DNA from: the human T2T-CHM13v2.0 reference genome, Homo sapiens
DNA: 64,000 bases
Reading direction: 5' to 3' (one strand)
NCBI RefSeq assembly: GCF_009914755.1
Contig: NC_060933.1
The position numbers and the translations under genes were made by a program. The notes under the pieces are model-generated. The model was not told where the DNA came from. It searched no databases and was given only the letters and a program-made list of their open reading frames with translations. Of the stretch, positions 55,466 to 64,000 are shown piece after piece (within the stretch, counting starts at the first letter, position 1; every line of letters starts with the position of its first letter).

Positions 55466-56834
55466 AAGAGGAGTGTGACTCAGCTCCCAGGCCTAAGATG
55501 GCAGGCTGACAGAGTGCAGTTCCCTAATAGTTTCTCATAAGCTCCAGCAACCACAGCTCTTGAGGTGAGTGTAGGTGCACCAACAGCATTTGTTACAAAA
55601 GGCTTAGGATGATGAGTAAGAGTCTCTCAAATCTTGCCTGCTTGCCAGGCTATCGTTTTAACACTTAGAGAAATAGCCTAGACCTTTTTCAATCCACCAA
55701 TATACTGCCGACTTGGGCAGCTGTGTGAGATCGAAGAATTTTCTACCTCTGTGGCCCTCCATTTCCTTGAACCAAAAGCTCTCTGAAGCCCATTCCCACG
55801 ATAATGTTCTGAGTCCACGACCCCCAGGCCTGCATGTTGACCAGCTAGGGGAAACCTCGCATGTGTGTGTGCAGTGCCATTTTTTCCCATTCATATCCTC
55901 ACACTTTTCTCTGTTAGCTTGTTTCCGATAATTAATGTTTTCGTTTTGACGTCAGAGTAATTCTCCAAATTTACAAATATTGACAACTGAAAAAAAAGAT
56001 ACCTCCAAATGATAAAATGCCCCCCAGTGGTATTTCAAATGCCTTTCATTTGTCCTGGAACTAGGTGGTATCTGGGGGCCTATAATAAGACCACCATAAC
56101 CCCACCTACCTCACCCTCACCAGAGAAGTCAATAGGCTAGAAAGCATTTAATAAGAATGTGCTACACACTGTGCCAAGTACAGCACAACCCCACCCTCTA
56201 TCTCTACAGGGTTCTATAGCAAAGGATCACAGCATTCCAGGATGAGAGAGAAATTTAAAATTCATCTAGTCTGCCCACCCACCTGATATGCGAACCTCCT
56301 CCAGCATATCCGTGCCAGTAGCATCTACCCAGTGTTTAAATACCTCTAGCAATGGGGAACTCACAATCTTTACAACGTATTAATACTGTCATTTCTTCAA
56401 GCGATGAGGCCTACTTCCGGTGCTGGTAATGCAATGATGAATTCGACTGAAACAGTTCCTGCCCTTGGAAAGCTTCTAGTCTAGATGGGGACACAGATGA
56501 ATAAATGAATGCAGCATGATATTATATTTATTTTAGTATATCAATTAATTTCAATTAATCTTTGTGTTTTTCTTCTCTATATTTCCTTGAACAGAGCCCT
56601 TGCCAAGTCAGCTGGAGGTTTTCACATACCCTTAATGAAAATTAACACTTTCCATCAGGAATGCAAATACACAGAAATGACCAAAACTTACTTTTAGGAA
56701 ATTCAGTGTAGACTCCCAAAACCCACATCAGAAATAATGGTTTTGAAAGCCAAATCATTTCTGATTTGTGATGTCTGGATTTTGCCAGTAGAAGGAAAGG
56801 AAAGAAGCAGGGCTCCCAAGACAGCAAGGTGTAG

Positions 56835-57025
56835 ACAAATTGTTCCCATACTTTGGTGCACATTCAAATCACCTGGAAGGCCTGTTAAAACACAGATTGC
56901 TGGTACCCATCCAGAGTCTCTGATTCAATAGGTCTGGCACAGGCCCTGCGAGTTGGCACTGCTAAAACCTTTCCAGGTATTGCTGATGCTATTGGTCCAA
57001 GGATCACACTTTGAAAACCACTGGT
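56835..57025. mobile_element. MER5A
   Basis: AAATCACCTGG...GTTAAAACACAGATTGCTGG...CACACTTTGAAAACCACTG. Confidence 0.8.
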
Positions 57026-57110
57026 GTAGTGTTTAGGCTTTGATAGTTAATTAAAAAGCGAAAGACCCAGTCAGTCAAAGATCCCAGAGAAATTAAACAA
57101 CCTCCACTTA

Positions 57111-57345
57111 GGTGGAGGGAGATGAAGGGAGGTGGAGATGAAGGTTGAGATGGAGATGAAGAGAGGTGGAGGTGAAGGTTGGATGGAGATGAGGAGAGGT
57201 GGAGGTGAAGGTTGGATGGAGATGAGGAGAGGTGGAGGTGAAGGTTGAGATGGAGATGAAGAGAGGTGGAGATGAAGGTTGAGATGGAGATGAAGAGAGG
57301 TGGAGATGAAGGTTGAGATGGAGATGAAGAGAGGTAGAGATTAAG
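57111..57345 (+). repeat. Minisatellite: six 33-34-bp units plus partial copies
   Basis: GGTGGAG(A/G)TGAAGGTTG(A)GATGGAGATGA(A/G)GAGA starting at 57131, 57165, 57198, 57231, 57265 and 57299. Confidence 0.93.
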
Positions 57346-57664
57346 TCGGAGGCAATACCTGGGAGGGAGTGGGAGCCCACTGAGAAGAGGGACTGGACTC
57401 AGGAGATAACTTAGAAAAAATGCAATCGATGCTGAGAGACTTTTCAGAATCATCCACCACCAGCACCAGGCGAGCCAGGAGTGGGTTAAGCTGATTCCTG
57501 CAGATCACCTTTGCCATTAGAGCAAGCACTGTTTGTCACTGTGCTGAAGGATCACATTAGCTGTGCTTCACTTTGCTGTGTGGTTAGGACCCTTTACTGG
57601 CAGCTACATGCATGTCACCATAAGACTGTCCGGGAGCAAACAGGCCCATCTTGCCCTGAGCCAT

Positions 57665-58082
57665 CTGTATTTGTTTCCTAAGGCTGCATAACAAATTAGC
57701 ATAAACTGCATGATTTAAAACAACAGAAATGTATTCTGTTACAGTTCTAGAAGCTCAAGTTGTCAGCAGGCCCACACTCCCCCTGAAAGCTCTAGAGATG
57801 AATCCTTTGTTCTTCCAGCTTCTAAAGGTCACAGGCACTCCTTGGCTTGTGGCAGCATAATTCTCATCTCTGCTTCCATCTTCACAGGGCCTTCTTTTGT
57901 GCGTGTGTGTCCCTGAGTCCTCTCCTTGTCTCGTGACATCAATCATTGGTTTTAGGGCACACTTTTATCCACTACAACCTCATCTTAACTAATTCCATCT
58001 AGACCCTATTTCCAAATAAGGTCACATCCAAGGTTCTGGGTACACATGAATTTTGGGGGGACACTATTCAACCCACTGTACC
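57665..58082 (-). mobile_element. MLT1 (MLT1B/C-like) LTR
   Basis: TGTATT.GTTTCCTA.GGCTGC...AAACAACAGAAAT.TATTCT...CACTATTCAACCCACT. Confidence 0.8.
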
Positions 58083-59721
58083 ACCCAAGCTACCATCACT
58101 GAACTTCCCTTTCTCTCCCATTTCAACAGCTCATGACACTGATTGGTCCGTTGAAGCAGAAGTTGCAGTTCTTGACAACCAGATAAATAATGAAGCTGCA
58201 GGGAAATCTATGGAGCCTGTACTTGAGCGACAGCGGTCAGTGGTAAATTCACCCAATTACACAATGATGATAGAGTATGATGGGTTATGACGAAGAAATA
58301 TGATGAAGGCAGGCACTGGTCACAGACTTGAGCGTGAGCCAAAGTTTCCCAAAGTTCAGAATGTCTAAGGTGAGACCTGAAGGATGAGCAGGAAATAACC
58401 AGATGAACATCTGGGTGGGAAGAGAGACATTGGGAGTGGTTCAGACAGAGAGAACACATGAACAAAGGCCCAGAAACAAGAGAAAATATGATTTATTACA
58501 GGAACAAAAAGAAATTCAAAATGCCCAGGTTGTCAACTGGTACAAGGGGTGGAATGGAAAGATACCAGGGAGACTAAAGCATGAGCCCTTCCTAGCTCTT
58601 CTTCAACTTGGGAGTCCTTATGTACTTAAAGACAGAAACCTGTTATCCCTAAATCTTCTCTCTTTTAGGTTAAAAATGCTTAATTCCTCCAAGGATTTCT
58701 CATATCCTTTGGATTCCCATCCCATCACTAACTATTCTGGTTGAAGTTCTGCAAATCCATTCCAGCTTATCTAAATTTCTTGAAGTGGAAATCCCAAAAT
58801 AGAAGAAAATACCCCAATCCAACACTATAGGATCAACACACTGACCCTAATAGTCAACATTCACTGATAGCGCCTTTCCTTCCCAGGTCCAGGTGTAGAA
58901 TTGGGCTAGGTTTTGGAGGCAGGGACTGTTAACTGGCCCTCATTACCCACTATCACCTTCTTCCTCTCAGTGACAGAAGCACCCAAGCTTTAGCTGAGCA
59001 CACGGCTGCTCAACTGGAGACTAACATCCCTGCCTTCCTTATAGCTGAGTATGGCCACGTGACTAAGTTCCAGTACACAGAATCTTTTTCACAAAACCAC
59101 TTACTTTTGTCTTCCTCTCTCCCGTCTTGCTGGCTGAAACAGTGACAGCTGTAGTAGCCTTGCACCCAGATGGAAGCTCCACATTGAAGACAGCAGAGCA
59201 GACCAGCCCACCTGGGGCTCTGGATGCCTTCTTAGGGCAGACAACAGTATACTCACTCTAAACTACCAACCTACCTCTGGACTATTAGATGACATAGAAA
59301 GTTCTCTAATCTTTGAGCTATTGTAGCTAATAGGCGGGAGTCAGCCTCATGTGCTCTCTATTGATACAGACTGAATTTGATACAAATGTACATAGGTGTT
59401 CGTCTACACATCTATTCAGTAAATATGTCAAAACGTCTACTGGGTACTAGATACTACATATTCTGAACCTTATACATGATAGTATCAATATTTCTGGGAT
59501 GGGTGGTATTATTGTTCTTTGTTTACAGTCTTTATTATTGTGACTAACAGGACTGACATTAATCTTGATTCAATGTTAACGTTTTCAGCTCCCTAATTTT
59601 TATAGCATTGAGTGCTTACTCTGACAGCTGCTTTATCTAAGTCATCTCCTTCAATCTTCAGAACAACCTTATGAGACAGGTATTATCACTCCAGTTTCAC
59701 AAATTAAGAAGCTAAACCTTA

Positions 59722-60040
59722 GCCAGGTGCTGCACTCTTATAGTCCTAGCTACTCAGAAGGCTGAAGCAGGAGGATTGCTTGAGACCAGGAGTTTGAGTC
59801 CAGCCTGGGCAACACAGTGAGACAAGAATGAAAAGGGAAGGGAAGGAAAAGTGGAGGGGAAGGAAAGGAAAAGGGGAAGGAAAGGAAAGAAAAATGGGAA
59901 GGGGAAGGGGAATGGTAGGGGCAGGGGAAGGGAAAAAGGAAGAGGAAAGCAAGGGGAAGGGAAGGAAAGGAAAGAAAAAAGGGAAGGAAGGAAGGAAAAA
60001 GGGAAGAAAGGAAGGGAGAGAGGGAAAGAAAGAAAGAAAC
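59722..60040 (+). mobile_element. FLAM/Alu monomer with its tail expanded into a GA-rich tract (59830-60040)
   Basis: Single Alu arm followed by (GGAA/GGGAA)n. Confidence 0.85.
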
Positions 60041-61266
60041 TAAGTCTTTTTTAAAAATTGACTTTAATTTGCTTAAGAACAAGCAAATAATCTAATCTTA
60101 AAACAGAAGGAGAGATTTCTAGTCTTCTGAGTGGTTAAGAGTGACAGAACAAGATCTTGCTCAATGACCTTTCAACATTGCTCTGGGCTAGTTTCCCAAA
60201 TTTGATACATGAAACAATAGTTCAGAAAAGTGACCTATTCAATTTGTTTTAACCCAATGTTTCCCTAACATACTTGGCTATGAGACCCTTTTGTCAAATA
60301 ATGCTATTAGCTTCCAATGGGATTTTTGTGAAGGGTGGCTCTAGACGTAATTGTGAAGCAATGTGATGCCCCCCCCCACCCCCCGCAACTTCATCTGTTT
60401 TGATTCCCCTCACTTCCAGCTGTTACACCTGATTGGAAATATCCTCCCAAGAGAAATTATATTATCATAAAGCTCCAAACAACACTTTACAAAAAGGTGC
60501 GATTTCAGGCAACGCCAGGGAAAACCACTTTGCATTGGGAATTTCTTGGATTCCTTAAATCCTACCTGGAATGGTGCCACCTTGTCTGCTCTGATGACCT
60601 CTGCAGGAGAGGAAAGGACTAGGGTTCCTGTTAGGAGCTTAAGTGCTTAGAAACAAAAGTGACCTCTTCATGAGGCAGACAATACTCTAGTCTCATAATT
60701 CAGAGGGCTTGAATTTGAGTATCAAGACAAACAGTTACAGCAAGTTCTGACTGAGCAGTGAGATCTCATAAAAATTCACCCAAATTTAGGTAACAGGAAT
60801 TGATTCTACTACAGGTAAAGAAACTGAGTAAAGGGGACAGTGAAAGACCATCTGATAGTGTAAATTCCAGGCAGGTTCTAAATCTGTTTCCCAAGGAGCT
60901 TTCTGGATATAACATTCAGTCCTTCTACAAATTACAGAGAGATCACAGAACCTCTCAAAACAAGCAACAATTAAAACGTGGCAGCTACAGAGTATGTGGG
61001 TAGACAGAAAAGGTTGGCTGTCAAGGAGCTGGTGGCTGGAGAGGCAAGGAAGCTGGTCAGTGCCCTCTGTCCCCTCCACCCTTCCTGAAACAATTGTAGT
61101 GCAAATGCATGTTCATTAATCAGCAAGTCCAAGCTAGGGCAGACTTTTCTGGCTCTGTTTGCAGTGCCAGGGCTCTTGCTCCAGCGTTGTCATGGGGAAG
61201 TTATTGTTGTCCTCCTGGCAACAGGTTACCTAGGTGAACGCCAAACAGCCCAACCTGGCCTAGTGA

Positions 61267-61840
<574 letters not shown>

Positions 61841-63554
61841 CCATTTCCACTCATTTTTACTGAGCATCTTAGTGCCATAATTGAAACAAATTAGAAGCAT
61901 AAGAAATAACTCCAGTGACGATCAAAGTCTATACCACAAAGTGAAATGAAGCCCTAAGCCAATTAACCTGTGAAATTGATCAATTAATTGTAGACAGCTA
62001 AACCAAATGGTTCAGTTAAAGTAAATCCTCAGTTGCTCGTAAACTTGCCAGATATAGCAAATAAAAAGATCTGGTAATGCTACTCCATAAAGGGCTTCTG
62101 CTCTAATCATCTGAATTATCACTTCTGCTCCACGTGCTTTCCTGTGCAAAGCCCTCAAGTGTGAAAAACAGGCAGAATTCAGTGGTTCTGGTGTCTATCT
62201 CCCTCACCAGCCCTGGGGATGGCGTTAACCTAGCTTACACCTGGCATCTCACCTGTAGTACCCTAAGTAGCCCGGGGTTAAACGAGGGCACTTTCAACAC
62301 GGCTTAGGGTTTTAGTTTAAACCTGAAACATCAGGATCTATTTAGACCTCTCTTAGAGGCATCCATCCCTTTCAAGAAGCCTCAGAACACACTTGGCATC
62401 CCCTGGGTCCCCTGCCCTACTCTGAATTGCCCCAGGGTCCTTCCCCCATTGAACCAGATTTAAGAGGATAAGGTGATTCTTCCCTCATTCCAGCCTTGGT
62501 GTTTGTATCCAGTTCCAAGAAATTCAGTTAGTTAATACAGAGCTATGACAACCTAAGGTAAAAATTTGCGGACTTCGGTAAATTTACTTGGTGACAGGTG
62601 ATGAAGAAGAAAGGGCAGGGAGCAAGCAGTTAGAAAACCTGAGTTTGGAGATGATGTGCTGTGAGATCTTGAGTAAGTCATTACACCTCTGTGGGCCTCC
62701 ATTTCCCAATCTGTTTGTTACCCATAAGCCACATGGCATGATATTAAAGTAGGGTCACAATAGCAGTAGAAAGCAATAGTTCTCTGGCTCTAGCCCACTG
62801 CCAACTCTTCTCCCTGACCTAATCTTGGGAGTCTCCAAAAAGCATCTCATGTGGATTCAAAATCAGTCCTCTCCATGGCCACATGCGATATATGGGTTTC
62901 CTCTTCTTTAGCTCTGAATACTTTCAGAGATCTCTATGGCTAAGCTATCTATCCACTAAGCCCCTGGTGCTGCTGTAACTAGCATTAAAGTTGCTCCACA
63001 GGGCCAAAGCCACCAGGCCAGGCCAGGTCACCAATACTCTGGGTGGCAGTTCTGGGTCAGGGACCTGGATCCCTTAGGATCATTGCTACAGTTTCTGGTG
63101 CCAGACCCTGAGGGCACTGATACATGTGTCGGGGTGTTGATATCAGCCCTATCTCTTGGCATCCTCACATGAGCCCTGAAACTGAATATATAGTTTCCGT
63201 TTTATGGAAAAGGAAAGTAAGACTCAGGAAGATAAAACAACAAAACCAAGACTGCAAAACCAGTAAGCGACAGAACTAGGGTTTAGACCCAGATCCACCT
63301 AACTCCAAACCTTGCCATTCCTCAAAACTATCACTTATGGGAAACGTGCGATGTTCACTGCTCCAGAGCTCATGTCCCAAGTCCTATACAATTTGTATAT
63401 TCCTTTAGTTGGCAAGTTTTTATGATAGTAGAGAGATGTTCATACTAATTACACTACAGATCTGCTAAAAAGATCTATGAAAAGAGGTCTACAAAGTTAT
63501 CTGTCAATTCTACATGAATACTCATATATTCTGATAAGGAAGACACTAACTCAC

Positions 63555-64000
63555 TAAATTCCAAGAGAAAAATAGATCAAGTAAATGGACAATTTCCAGA
63601 GGACAGAATATAAATGACTAATAAATATTTAAAAATCTAATATTACTAGTAAATGTTTTTAAATGCACTAAAATGAGATACTACTTTTAACCTATCAAAT
63701 TAGGAAAAGAAAATACTCAGAGTTGGTAGTGTCATTGGCTTCTAGTGCACAAACAAATTGGTACAACTTTTCCCGAAAGTAATTTGGCAACACATAGAAT
63801 CATTAAAAGTGCAAATCATTTAACCCCAAAACTCTCATTCTGGGACACAGTCCTGAGGAAATAATCAGAAGCTCAGAAAAATACTTTATCTACAAAGACC
63901 TTCACCAAAGTGTTAATTATTGTAACAAAGCTGGAAATAACATAAATGTCTAACAATCAGAAAATAGTTAATTAAATACAGCCATATGATTAGATAGTAT
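63555..64000 (+). mobile_element. Degenerate L1ME ORF2 3' region
   Basis: AAAATGAGATAC.A.TTT, AAATTGGTACAAC, AAATGTC.AACAAT motifs. Confidence 0.6.

Noticed and set aside
57004-57453. CRISPR-like array or His/Leu repeat protein
   Set aside because: Head-to-tail minisatellite with no unique spacers, in a eukaryotic context with no cas genes.

Overview
Primate genomic DNA, almost certainly human, covering the 5' end of GLIS3 (Kruppel-like C2H2 zinc-finger transcription factor, 9p24.2) on the minus strand. The only protein-coding sequence is the first coding exon (exon 2, 13113..12628, 486 nt; ATG at 13015; MNGRSCSMSLHRTSGTPQGP...PPNPGK). A CpG island at about 24.2-26.9 kb holds the main non-coding first exon (donor at 26007) and a probable TATA-driven alternative first exon (donor at 24866). 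Positions 1-12627 are intron 2, 13114-26006 are intron 1, and the rest is upstream DNA with candidate far-upstream exons and a candidate antisense lncRNA. The remainder is Alu, L1, L2, MIR, MLT and hAT/Tigger repeats. The most interesting items are: (i) exon 2 has the features of a circRNA whose back-splice junction closes a 131-aa ORF, followed 8 nt later by a perfect-Kozak 8-aa uORF; (ii) a leader with six upstream AUGs; (iii) a ~390-bp inverted duplication of apparently non-transposon DNA interleaved with an inverted Alu pair in intron 2; (iv) a palindromic site that reads as a splice donor on both strands; (v) islet-type (HNF1/FOXA/NeuroD), MARE/ARE and CTCF motif clusters. Gene identity and repeat family names come from recognition, not from a database search. 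There are no prokaryote-type systems here.
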